Shown piece after piece: positions 25,751 through 37,042 of a DNA stretch of 64,000 bases. Within the stretch, counting starts at the first letter, position 1. Each line of letters begins with the position of its first letter. Origin of the DNA: Mustelus asterias. Lineage: Eukaryota. A model generated the notes under the pieces. The model made no database searches, had not been told where the DNA came from, and saw nothing but the letters and a program-made list of their open reading frames with translations. The position numbers were made by a program, and so were the translations under genes. The stretch covers positions 58,962,001-59,026,000 of the forward strand of contig NC_135804.1 in the NCBI RefSeq assembly GCF_964213995.1, written 5' to 3'.

Positions 25751-26959
25751 CTTGGGAGGAAAAAGAACATTCTTTATTGATTGAAAAGTTAATTTTTACA
25801 TTATTTCTATTCAGAACACGAATTTAAGACGGGGCCGTTTAATACCATGTGTCATTGGAATGTTTTAAAATATTATTAAACGTGAAGCAAGAAATTACCT
25901 GGCGTCCTTAATGGAAACATTAAAAAAGTGGTAATGTATATGATCAGAGAGTCAAGGAGTGCAGAAAGAAGCTATTCTGGCCATCGTATCTGTGTTAGCT
26001 CCACGAAAGAGTTAGGCCACTCCAGTGAACCTTCTTCTGACCAAAGTTTCCACTTTAAGTATATATCTAACCTTCCCTTCAGAATTACTAAGTACTCGCC
26101 TTGCTACCAGCTAATGACTTTCAAACCCTAGAATCTGCCGCGCAATACAATTTCTCTTCTCCCCCTTACCCTTTTGGCAATTAGCTTAAATCTGCGTCCT
26201 CTGGTTAGCGAATTATGTTTGTCTGGCTTTCGAGTCACACCACTTTACAATGATGCAGAAATGCATTTTGCTCAATATTCTGGTTTCTGTTCTGCCACAA
26301 TAATCCAGTTAGTCACATTGACATATTTGTCCAGTTCCCTTTAAAACAGTCAATATATTCTGTTCGCATCACTGTTTCTGAAAATGCACCCAATGTCGTA
26401 CCAATCCTGCCCTCCCTTCAGCTATTTAGACATTCCTGTCAGAACAGATGAGGCTTATTTTAGTTCTAATAGTTACATTGCAATACTTTAATAAACTCTA
26501 TTCATTTCCAGACATCGTGATCTTCATTGACCCTCCAGAACTTTCGCTAGAAGAGCCGCATGGGCTCAAGACAAACCTCAGATCCTCGAGGCCGAGGTTA
26601 GAGGAGTTGAGCGGGAGAATTCCCCCGTGTAAGTGTTGAGAGGAACCGTAATAAAGGATCCCTGTAGTTGCTTTGTGCAATGATATTGTAAGTCTATTTG
26701 TAAAAGTCCTTGTGGTTTTGAAATCATAACGTTGCTCCAAAAGAAAGACTTACTATCTCGAGAACAAACTTTCATGCCAAATCTAACTGAATTGGAGTGA
26801 CCCATCTAATGCTCTTCCGCAGCGGAAATTCGCTACGGTTTATGCTTCCTGCAAAATTATAGGAACTTGCTCAACAAATATTTGAACAGAAACAACGAGA
26901 GGAAATATTTCATCCAAATATCAGACCATATTTAGCACACATCGATTTTGTGTGCATCA

Positions 26960-27065
26960 ACACAAACAGAAAATGCTGGAAAATCTCAGCAGGCCTGACA
27001 GTATCTGTGGAGAGAGAATAGAGCCAACGTTTCGAGTCAGGATAACCCTTCGTCAGAGCTCTGAC
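26960..27065 (-). mobile_element. Short Penelope terminus in the V-C1 intron
   Basis: The minus strand reads CTGACGAagggttatcctgactcGAAAcg, a hammerhead-like core. Confidence 0.7.
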
Positions 27066-27396
27066 TTAATCTTCCACCGAAGTTGTAATCACCAACTTGC
27101 TGTCAACCTTTCTGCACAGCCCCACAAAGTCAGGTTCTACACATTGCCACGGAGGGAAGAAAATCTTCTCCCCTGTATTCTGCAGGGAAATAGTATAATT
27201 GACCACATTGCGCTGAACACATGTAGAAACGCCTCTCCGTAAATCGACGATCTCACCCCTCGAGTATCTTGAGGTTGACGCTGGATACACAAAAGTGGAC
27301 AGGTATTCCATTCCCACACCCTTCCCCACCTCTTTGGTATTTTAGCAAATATCCATTGCACAACTGACACCGGCACCATCCGCATCAGGAACTCAC

Positions 27397-27711
27397 CGAA
27401 CACACGGAGCTCCGAGCCAGTTCCATTCCCAATCATTTTTCCCCCACAGTACACGGAGCAGTAATAGCGGCCAGAATCTTTGAAACTCACATTCACAAGA
27501 TGGAGGACGGCCCTCCCTTTTTTCAAAAGCTTATATTGTCTGTTGTTCGATTCCCCATCGTCCGAAAACTCGTCCTCATCATGTCGCCACCAGTGAACCA
27601 TGACGTCTGATTCCTCTTGGAAGAATGGGAGTGTGCAATAGAAAGTAATGTTTGTTCCGCTGAGAGCAACTTTGAGTGGCGGGATTTGGCCGATTGTGGA
27701 ATTCCCAACAA
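27397..27711 (-). CDS. IgSF VJ-C1 receptor, exon 2 (V-set domain with J-like GNGTGSELRV)
   Basis: ttctgatag acceptor and G|gtgagt donor, 315 nt, phase 1-1. Contains B-strand Cys (TFYC), C-strand Trp (VHWW), DSGRYYC and a GxG J-like G strand within one exon. Confidence 0.92.
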
Positions 27712-27877
27712 CTATCAGAAAGCAATATAAACACAAAAAAATAAACATCTCATTGTACAGATAAAGATAGAAACGAAATTAAAAAGAACAATAAAGAACC
27801 ATAAATGGAGATAAATCAATTGATCAAATATCACTATACAAATATTTGTTCTCTCTGTCTACTAAATATTAAGGTAC

Positions 27878-27917
27878 CTGTGTATGCAATCCCCAGGATC
27901 AGTATACATGGAAGCAT
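27878..27917 (-). CDS. IgSF VJ-C1 receptor, exon 1 (signal peptide MLPCILILGIAYT)
   Basis: ATG at 27917, 13 mostly hydrophobic codons plus 1 nt, then CAG|gtacc donor. Phase 1 joins in frame to the V exon. TATAAAA lies about 70 bp upstream. Confidence 0.8.
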
Positions 27918-27982
27918 GTCAGACAATGGAAGATGAATGGATGTAAGCAAGCAAAGAACATCAGGTAGCTCGGACTGAGTGA

Positions 27983-28047
27983 TTTTATAAAAGGCCAGAG
28001 GAGAAATATGTCAGAGGCTGATGACATCACGTGCAAGTGATGTGGTT
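27983..28047 (-). promoter_or_regulatory. Putative proximal promoter of the IgSF receptor
   Basis: TATAAAA (minus strand, 27983-27989), CRE-like TGACATCA (28022-28029) overlapping E-box CACGTG (28028-28033), and RUNX site TGTGGTT (28041-28047). Confidence 0.55.
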
Positions 28048-28123
28048 TGAGTAAACCCATATCTTTCTTCAGATCAGATTTATAAAGACGCTTCTTGTGA
28101 CAATGGCCGTGTAAATCGCGGTG

Positions 28124-28250
28124 TCTAACCCGAAACTCTAACCCTTAACTTCAACCACTAGCCCAACCCCTAACATTAACCGCGAACCCTAAGACACGAA
28201 CACAAATTCTATCAAACTAACGCTTAATCTTAAACCACTACTAACTCTGC
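28124..28250 (+). repeat. Degenerate (CCCTAA)n-like tract
   Basis: ctaaccc, ctaaccct, cccctaac and accctaa units at roughly 6-bp periodicity. Confidence 0.55.
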
Positions 28251-28434
28251 TAAACAAACATGCTGGAAGAAAAACTAGATGGATATTGTTTATGTTTTTA
28301 AATCTAGAAATGCCTATTCTCTCATGTGGATTGCTGGCTAGTGACTACGATAAAACAGTACTGTTGGCTCCCTGTTGCTGTTCAGGTTTCAGTGGTACTA
28401 GGAATGTTGTTGCTCCACTTATTTCATACAAAAT

Positions 28435-28710
28435 TAATACTGGGATGTACTGCTGAGGCTTTATAAGGCTTTGGTCATACCACATTTGGAGCAATATCTG
28501 GGAGCAATTTTCGGTCCGTATCTAAGGAAGGATGTGCTGGCCTGGAGGAGGTCCAGAGGAGGTTTACGAGAATGAAAAGCTTGACGAATGACGAGCGTTT
28601 GAGGACTCTACCTCTGTACTTGATGGAATTTAGAAGGATGATGGGAGATCTCACTGAAACTTACAGAATACTGAAAGGCCCGGTTAGAGTGGATATGGGG
28701 AATATGTGAA
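28435..28710 (+). mobile_element. CR1 fragment
   Basis: Degenerate RPHLE...RKDVLALE...RRFTRM coding remnant. Confidence 0.7.
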
Positions 28711-29271
28711 TCCTTTTAGAGAGAGTTTCTTTGCTTAATTTTTAAAATCTTATTTGAGAGCATATTATGCTGGGGCTGAGTATTCGGGTTGGGAAAATAC
28801 TCTAGCACAATATGGGGTGCACTTCTAAGATTGGGGATGAGGTGAATGGTTGGGGGGAAAACAATTATTTTGGAGCTTGATATTTTTCACAGATCATTTA
28901 GCGTGGATAATCCACTTAACCTGCACATCTTTCATGTGGGGGAGGAAATCAGCACCCGGAGAAAGCCCACAGAGACACAGGGAGAATGTACTAATGTCAC
29001 CCAAGGCTGGAATCGAATGAGGGTCACAGGTGCTGTGGGGTAGCAGTTCTAACCACTATGCTGCTGGATATGAGTCACTACTCTGGGAATGCCTTGGATT
29101 AAAATTTTTCATCTTGCCAGTCCTCATTCAACTCTATCTTGCAACCCACAAGCCTCTGAGATCTCTGTGCTCCTGCAATTCTGGCTTGATATTCAACTTT
29201 GGGGCGCGTGTAAAATGTGCGATAGTATCAACCGCTTGTCACACACCCACTGATAAATCGGATGGGATATA

Positions 29272-30246
29272 GGGGGGAATTTTACCATTTTGAGTCTAAG
29301 TGCCGAATCCGGGTGTCAAATAGATCTGTGTCTGGAATCCACTTTCCAGCGCGCCCATACGCGTTTTGCCGGCTCCGGTCCAATTTGCGCTGTGGGCGGG
29401 GCTTAGCGCTGGCGGGCCGATCAGAGCTCTGAGCTGCGCATGCGCAGTTCGAAAAAAATCTGACAGAGCGTGCCCGGGTGCGAAAGAAAGAAGAAGCAGA
29501 AAGCGGAGAGAGCGGCTCTCTGACGGTCATCCACTGGTTGGGGGGGAGGGGGTGTGGCCGATCATCCCCTGGGGGGCGGGAAGGAGAGGGGGTGTGACAT
29601 CTTATCCTCTGGGAGGGGGTGGTGGGTGGGAGGGGAGGGGGTATGACGTCTCATCCTCTGGGGGGGGGGGGAAGGAGTGGGGTTGTGACGTATCATCCTC
29701 TGGTCAGGGGGGTTCCGCTGCCAGTCTGCGGCCGATCCCTCCTGCCGGAGTGGACGTGCGGCCATGCCATCCCACAAAACCTTCAAGGATGAAGCGATTC
29801 CTCGCTAAGAAGATGAAGCAGAACCGGCCAATTCCACAGTGGATCCGCATGAAAACTGGCTACAAGATCAGTACAAGTCCAAGAGGAGACACTGGAGAAG
29901 GACCAAGCTGGGCCTGTAAAGGGATACACCATCACGGGTACACTACCAGCCACAGATTACTCTTCCCTGCAGGGGCAAGAGAGTGGGAGAGATGGCTGTG
30001 GCTGGTAGTGTACCAGTGATGGTGTATCCCTTTACAGGGGTAGAGTTGGGCGCGCGGTTCATTCAGTTGATTTAAATGTATGCAAATGCCCGATTAGGGC
30101 GCGGGCCGGACCTGCGCCCGAATCGGGTGTCGGTAAAGCCGTGATCTGCTCGGATTCGGGTGCAGATCACGTTAAAGGCCCGATGCCCAACTTTACCATG
30201 ATTTCGCGCCCGAAAACGGGTGCGAAGTTTTGGTAAAATCAGGCCC
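29272..30246. mobile_element. Harbinger-type non-autonomous element containing the RPL39 copy
   Basis: Imperfect 16-bp TIR ggggggaattttacca / tggtaaaatcaggccc, 3-bp TSD ata, and subterminal tctaagtg shared with other Harbinger-type elements in the window. Confidence 0.75.
29764..29919 (+). pseudogene. RPL39: Intronless RPL39 (60S ribosomal protein L39) copy with two frameshifts
   Basis: MPSHKTF / [26 protein letters not shown] / [18 protein letters not shown], with a +1 and a -1 indel and no introns. Confidence 0.93.
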
Positions 30247-31619
30247 ATAATGTTGCACCTAGTTAAAGATGACTTTCATCCATTTTTTATGTCTTTCTTT
30301 AGCTATTATCATTTTAATACATGTCCGGTGCATGATGGATCCTCTTCATATTTTAATATTTGTCAGAAAGTTGGAAGTCACTATTGTGTACTAGGAAGGA
30401 TAGCATCCTTAAAAGGTTTCACCCTTGGTCAACATAATAAGAATACTAGATATAGGAGCAAGAGTAGGCCCTAAGGTCCTTCGTATCTGCTTTATCACTC
30501 AAGAATATGATGGTTATCATTCTACATTCAGCTCCACACTCCTGCTCCATCATCATATCCTTAGATTTTGTTAAGCACTGAAGGAATCCATCAAGCTTAG
30601 TCTTGAATATACTCAATGACTGAACCTTCTGGGGTAGAGAATTCAAAAGATGAAGAATTTTATCTCCATTTCCATCTGGTGCCTGAGCTGACATGATGGT
30701 GTTGTAACCTAGTACAGAAAAAGGCACCCAAACAGGATGCGATCGTTAAAGATTTATTAATCACATGAAAAGCAAACTGAAACATATAAATTGGATGGTG
30801 CTGATGCTTCCTTTACTTACGTCACTTGGCCAATGTTATAATTAGTATGGAAAGAAATCACATGATTGGCATGTCTACCATATTGGTGAGGCCATCAAGC
30901 AAGAATATTTTCTCAGTATTATGATATAATTGAGGGCACCATGACATCATTAAATATTGTTCTGATTGATCTGTCTTCAGATACATTCGGATATGTTCAG
31001 TAATCCTGTGCTCCTAGTACACAGCTCTCGAGTGGAGTTCATGTTGGATATAGTTTAACTGCAAGATTATTCAGTTCATGCTCCCTTTGAGTATGACTCT
31101 CTGCTAGGAGCAGTATCACTCAATTTCCCCTACAGTTAAATTATAGTAAAGCTTAGTAGGAGTACTATTTTTAAAGTAATTTGCATTTTGAGCATAAACA
31201 AATATTTGATAGTCTTTACAATAATCAGTTTTATTGCTGACCTTGAGTGAGTTTTTCCTTTTGATGGGTTGTTCCAGTGACGTTAATAAAGGCAGTGCCC
31301 AAAGATCAAACAGTAAGGAGCACAACATCACCTCAAGTTGAGGTTACCTTGAGCTCGATTATCCAGAAAGTAACACCACAGATTGGGAGTGCTGCTTTTC
31401 TACCTGAAGCGGGGTTTCCTGCAGCTCGGAGGCTTTAGGTAGTTGAGGTCAGATTTGAATCAGCTGAGGCTTCACCATTAACCAATGGGATAGACGCTCC
31501 TTGACTATGTTTACACCTCAAGAGTTATTGCTGGCACCCATAGGCAGCATTTTACGAGGGAAGGAGGAATGGAAAATAGAGATAAAAAGGATAAGATTTC
31601 TAAGTTTATATTTGTTTTT

Positions 31620-32120
31620 TAAATTTTTTCATGGGATGTGGGCATCGTTGGCTAGGCCAGCATTTCTTGCCCTTCCCTAATTGCCCTTAGGCTCAGTGGT
31701 TTGCAAGGCCTTTAAGAGTCAACCACGTTGCTGTGGGTCTGGAGTCACATGTAGGCCAGTTCACAGAATCATAGAATCCTTCCAGTACAGAGGGAGGCCA
31801 TTTGGCCCATTGAGCCTGCACCGACAACAATCCCACTCACACCCTATCCCCATAATCCCACCAGTTAATTAATATTTACCCAGTTAATCCCCCTGATATT
31901 AAGGGGCAATTTAGCATGGTCAATCAACCTAACCTGCACATCTTTGGAGTGTGGGAGGAAATCCACGCAGACATGGGAAGAACTTACAAACTCCACACAG
32001 ACAGTCACCAGAGGCCGGAATTGAACTTGAATCCCTGGGTCTGTGAGGCAGAAATATTAATCACTGTGCCACCCCAGGTAAGGGTGCAGATTTCTTCCCC
32101 TAAAGAACACTAGTGAACCA
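31620..32120 (-). mobile_element. Second-family SINE with nested HE1-type SINE (about 31765-32075)
   Basis: ggagtcacatgtaggccag is interrupted by an HE1-like copy and resumes at ggtaaggg...gatttcttccctaa. Confidence 0.75.
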
Positions 32121-32687
32121 GAAGGCAACAGTGATCAGTTTTTAGTTTTATACTTGAGATTTCATTCTTGATTTAAGTTGTGCCAATTACTGTGATGGTA
32201 TTTAAATTTTGTTAAACCTAATTGCTGTAGAATAGTGGATGAGAAAGTTCAGTAAGGTTCAAAATAACCTGTAAACTCCCTCAAGCCAGTGAAACAGCTG
32301 TCAGGAGAAGTTTGCGGTTTTCCATGGTTAACTCATTTGCAGAATTGAGTATTCATTGGCACAGATGCCATGACATAAATACAATTGGCTGCAATAGATG
32401 AAATTAGGAATGACAACCTTCATAAAAGATACTTCAACCTACATTCTTACCTTTTTGTCCTTCATGCTGGAAGTAAGGAGCAGTGCATGGTGCAGCGACT
32501 GACTGTCAGACAACTTCACTACATGTCTACCTTTGTCTCCAGTAGGTCCTTCTGGATTAAGCACCACACCAGCCTTCAAGCCCCCCTGGAGCAAATTGAG
32601 TTAAAGAGGCACAGACAGCTTTTACTAGAAAGATGGGCAGGCATATCATTTGTACCACGGGAAGTACAACCAAACATTCATAATGCT

Positions 32688-35600
32688 GGGCAGAATTTTA
32701 TGAGAATTTTTCTAAGTGTCCAGCTAGCTTGAAAATGGGAGCATTCCTGAACCGTTTTTTGGGTGAGTTTTCACACCCAATCTTATGCACTCGGTCTTTG
32801 AAAAAGTGGGCTAGACCGCATCTAGCCACTAGAGGCAGTGGGCAGGGCTTATTTCACCAGACAGCCTGCGCTCAGGTTGGAGCCACAAACTGCGTATGCA
32901 CAGAAAAAGCAAAAAAATAATGCAGCTCTCCTGGCACAACATCCCCAGGCCAGATACAACCTCCTCCTCCCCATCATGGACGTTGGGGACCACCCCCCCA
33001 ATGTTATTGACCCCCTTACCCCTCCAATCCCTGCTGGACCCCCTTGCACGTGATCCCTCATCACCCCACTCAGCCCCGATGGCTGACTGTCATGACCCCC
33101 TCTCTCCCCTACCCCGATCATCAGAGCCACAAATCCCACATCCCCCCTCCCACCTCCATGAACACATCTGCAAGTGCAGACTTGGTTTCCCTTCCATGGT
33201 AACAAGGCAAACTGCATTAAACTCACTGGAATGCTCCAACGGGTGCATGACTTTCCCAAACTGCCTGCAGCTGATCTGCCCTAAAAAGGGAAAGCTCCAT
33301 TAAAAATCCCCCAAGAATGAGCAGACAGTGCAGGAAGAAATGGCCTCCAGGAAGACAGCTCCCCATTTTTCTGAAGCAAATCTGGCCGGGTTGCTGGAGG
33401 CGGTGGAGGCTAGGTGGCATACCCTCTTCCTCCCCAGCAGGACACTGTTCCAAGTAAATGGAGTGGAAACGCAGCCTGGGATGTGATGGCAGCCAGCGTT
33501 AGTGCGAGGGCACTGGCCAGGAGAACTGGGAAGCAATTCCACAAAAAACTGAATGACCTAATCCAGGCAGCAAGGGTGGGTGTTTAACCTCATCCAACAT
33601 CTTCCCGCCAAAAATGACCCCAGACCACCCACACCCAGCATGCTTCCAGCCCCTGACTATCCCCAAGCACCTTCCTCCTCCCTCCCAAGAGTATCACAAC
33701 CCTTGTCCTATGAATGCCATCCTCCGATACCCTGCAGGACTCATGCCATCAGATTTTACATGGCTCCTTCTGTCCTCTCAGGAGAAGAATGCCCATAATC
33801 GCCAGGAGAGGGTGATGTGCCCAAGATTCAGCCCTCACCTCCTTTGAGAAGCAGGCACTGGAGCTTATGGGAGAGGAGGGAATGCGGACCATTAGTGACC
33901 CTTGCTGCCACCAGTCCTCCAGCACCTGGGTGGTGTCGTCATCCTCCTCTTGCCGCGTGGTCTCCTCCCCAATGATACCTAGCTGGTCGGCCTCCACATC
34001 TTCCACCTCCAAAAGGTCTCCTTGTTGCTGTGCCAGATTGTGTAGGGCACAGCACATGACCACAATGCAGGATGATATTAGGGGGGTTATATTGGAGGGC
34101 CCCACCAGAGCAGTCCATGCACATGAATTGCATTTTGAGGAGCCCTGTGCACCGCTCCACTATTGAACAGTGGGTCTCATTATATTGAGTCTCCTCATCA
34201 GTCTCAGGCCTCCGCACTGGAATCAGCCAAGTCCAAAGTGGGTACCCATGTCCCCCATGAGCCATCCCTGCACCCTGGGTTCCTCCTCAAAGACCTCTGG
34301 GACATCAGAACTCCTCAATATAAAACTGTCATGCACGCTGCCAGGGTGTCTGGCACAGACGTGCATGATGTTCAGCTGATGGTCACACACCAACTGTACA
34401 TTTCAATAATTCTATTCATGAATCTTCCTGGATTTTTCACCAGGGCCTTGAGGGCGATGTGGGTGCAGCCATCCCCCTGCACATTTGGCATCCTCGCGAT
34501 GGCCACGGACCCTGCAGGACCTGGTCAAATTTAATGTACTGGCCAGCCCGGGTATACAGGGCATCCATAACCTCCTTCACACACTTGTGGGTGGATGATT
34601 GGGAAATGCCACAAAGGTCTCCACTGGCGGTCTGAAAAGACCTGGTGGTGTAAAAGTTTAAGGCCATTCACAGCCACCAGAAGTGGGTGTTTCGAAAATA
34701 GCACAGGTGTCGCACTGTCTCAAAGCCTCAGTGGCACGTGATGGGCACTTGTGTGTGAAACTGCCATGGTCTCCATTCCCTCCTTCTCCTGCCTCTGCCC
34801 CTCCTCCCCCCTCCAGGATAAATGGCGGCCACCTCCTGCAGCTATCTCCCTCTACTGCAAGTGGTAAGGCCTGGGACTCCTGTGCCTGCAATTCATCCTC
34901 ATGCTCCTTCTCAGCTCCAGCAACATCCAAAAGAACAGAAAGATCAATGGGTTGCGCTGCAAAAACCATCTCAATCTGAAGAGTGGAGCAGGGGGCTGGG
35001 ATTTGGGGAAGGGGGGAGACAGATGGAGAGGTTGAAGAACTCTGCTTGCCCCAGCCCAGCGACACATATTCCCCATACCCCCCACAGACCCCAAACAACA
35101 CAGGCTCCCCGTACACCTCTGCAGCCCCCCAGGAAAGCAACAAAACTCCCCCCCACCAATCACAAGCACACACCCAGAACCCATGCAGCAGTGGCCACAG
35201 ACAGTGCTGCTTGACAAGTCCTGAGGCTGCAGCAATGCCACTTCAGAGAGTTTCCAGCCCATCCCCCACTAGCAAGTGTTTGCTGCTGCCACCACTAGGA
35301 CCCAGAGTCTGCGCGAAGACCCGAGATCAGTACTCTGACCTGGGTCCATCCTGAGAAGCCGAAGTTGGAGCCCCCACACACTCGTGGGCCCCCCAATCCA
35401 AAATGCAACATGGCTGCCATGAAACAACTCCCCGAAGCAGCACCGAGCAGTTTAAAAGCAGAGACTTACCTCCTCACTCACCCTCTGCTCAAGCACCTGA
35501 ATGCGACTTTTATACTTGGTGTTTGCCTGTCCAACCCAGCTGCGGTGAACGAGGTTGTAAAGGCAGGTGAGCAGGGACGATTGGGCATGAAGCTCACTAA

Positions 35601-35785
35601 ATGCATTGCTATGAATGCAAAAAAAATGCAAATTGACATTTCAACTGTTTTGGGCGGGGTCCTGATTGCGCCAATTTTTTCTTCTTGGTAAAATAGGAAT
35701 GGGCAGGGAAACAGGCACCATTCCCAACTTTTTGATTTTTTTCCCCTCTGCAAAACGGGCACGATGAGGTTGTAAAATTCTGCCC
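32688..35785. mobile_element. Degenerate PIF/Harbinger transposon (HARBI1-like transposase on minus, Myb/SANT gene on plus)
   Basis: TIR gggcagaatttta / taaaattctgccc. Minus-strand fragments ALNFYTTRSFQTASGDLCGISQSSTHKCVKEV, GHGYPL, IVERCTGLLK and CCALHNLA. Plus-strand Myb/SANT-like APHFSEANLAGLLEAVEAR...KKLNDL near 33340-33575. Many frameshifts. Confidence 0.88.
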
Positions 35786-36564
35786 ACTGAATCAGAATCT
35801 TTCACTGCAGCTACCCAGTCATGCAAACATTAATTCGTTTCACAGTTTCAAGTCATTTGTAACATCTTCCAGCAGCAATGAAAACCATCAAATCGCCATT
35901 AACGCTATTTTTCTCTCTCCACAACTCCTCAGGTACTGGAGAAATTTGTGTCTGCAATCAGGAAGACCTGAACAACATCCAGGCTTAGGCTTTTGGCAAG
36001 TGGCTATACAAGTGCCAGGCATTGGCCATTAAAGGAGCATTGAATTGAACAAAGAAAAATATAAGCATGAGTACAAACACTTAGAAGTTTAGATAGTGAA
36101 ACGTTGCATCCTAACAAAAGTTAAAATACAGTTGTCAGCAAAACTCAAGGAACTGTTTGAAGGTTTCTGTTTTTTAAAAAGTTGCTCAGTGAATTTGATT
36201 AAAACAAACTGCTTTAGGAAGGAGGAAAGGTAGAGTTAAAATCATAATATTAAATATAACAATGTAGATATATCAAGACTAGGTGAATGGATCTTTTGTC
36301 TCTGTTGCTTGTATTTAAACAAGTCAAAAATGAAGAGATTTTCTTCTCATCAGTCTGGCTGGATTCATACCCAGGTCTGTAAGGAAAGAATCAATCAGGT
36401 TGCTTTGAAGTCTTCAAATGTTACAAATCACAAGGCGGTCTCGCTTTATCCTTCTTACATGTATTTTTAATATATAGATGTAGTGAATCCTAAACTATTT
36501 AACTACAACTGACCTTAATACAGTAGTCAGTTTAAAAGCAGAGAGTTTTGTTTAATTGACATTA

Positions 36565-37042
36565 AGGGGTTCACTAGATTGATTCCGGAGATGAGAGGTT
36601 TGTCGTATGAAGAGAGATTGAACAGTTTAGGCCTATACTCTCTGGCATTTAGAAGAATGAGGGGAGATCAAATTGAGGTATACATGATGATAAAAGGCAT
36701 GGATAAAGTAGATGTGGAGCAATGTTTCCGCTGGTGAGGCATTCTAGCATGAGAGGTCATAATCTAAGGATAAGGGGTAGCAAATGTAAAACAGAGTTGA
36801 GGAGAAACTATTTCTCCCAAAGGGTTGTGGAACTGTGGAATTCACAACCCCAAAGTGCAGTGGATTCTGGGACAGTGAGTAAATTTAAGGAGGAGTTAGA
36901 TAGATTTTTAAATTGGTAATGGGTTGAAAGATTATGGGGAGAAGGCAGAAAAATGGGGGATGAGGAGCATATCAACTATGATTGAATGGCGGAGCGGATT
37001 CGATGGGTCAAATGGCCTAACTCTGCTCCTATATCTTATGAA
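36565..37042 (+). mobile_element. CR1 3' fragment
   Basis: RGHNLRIRG...RNYFSQRVVELWNS plus 3' UTR. Confidence 0.85.

Noticed and set aside
26498-26848. Possible second Ig domain exon on the minus strand between V and C1
   Set aside because: The phase-1 frame from the candidate acceptor stops early, and no Ig Cys/Trp pattern is present.
27445-27490. TACTGTG heptamer-like site just 5' of the J-like segment (possible RSS)
   Set aside because: No nonamer at 12- or 23-bp spacing. It is simply Tyr-Cys-Gly coding sequence.
29590-29710. Three spaced tgac...atcctctgg units resembling a repeat-spacer array
   Set aside because: They are degenerate G-rich tandem subrepeats inside a MITE in a vertebrate genome, not CRISPR.
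29366-30019. 217-aa ORF as a novel MITE-RPL39 fusion protein
   Set aside because: Non-ATG start, low-complexity GC-rich MITE sequence, and only the middle of RPL39 is in frame.
30705-31513. Possible solo LTR (tgtaac...gtttaca)
   Set aside because: Short inverted ends are present, but there is no matching TSD or second copy to support it.
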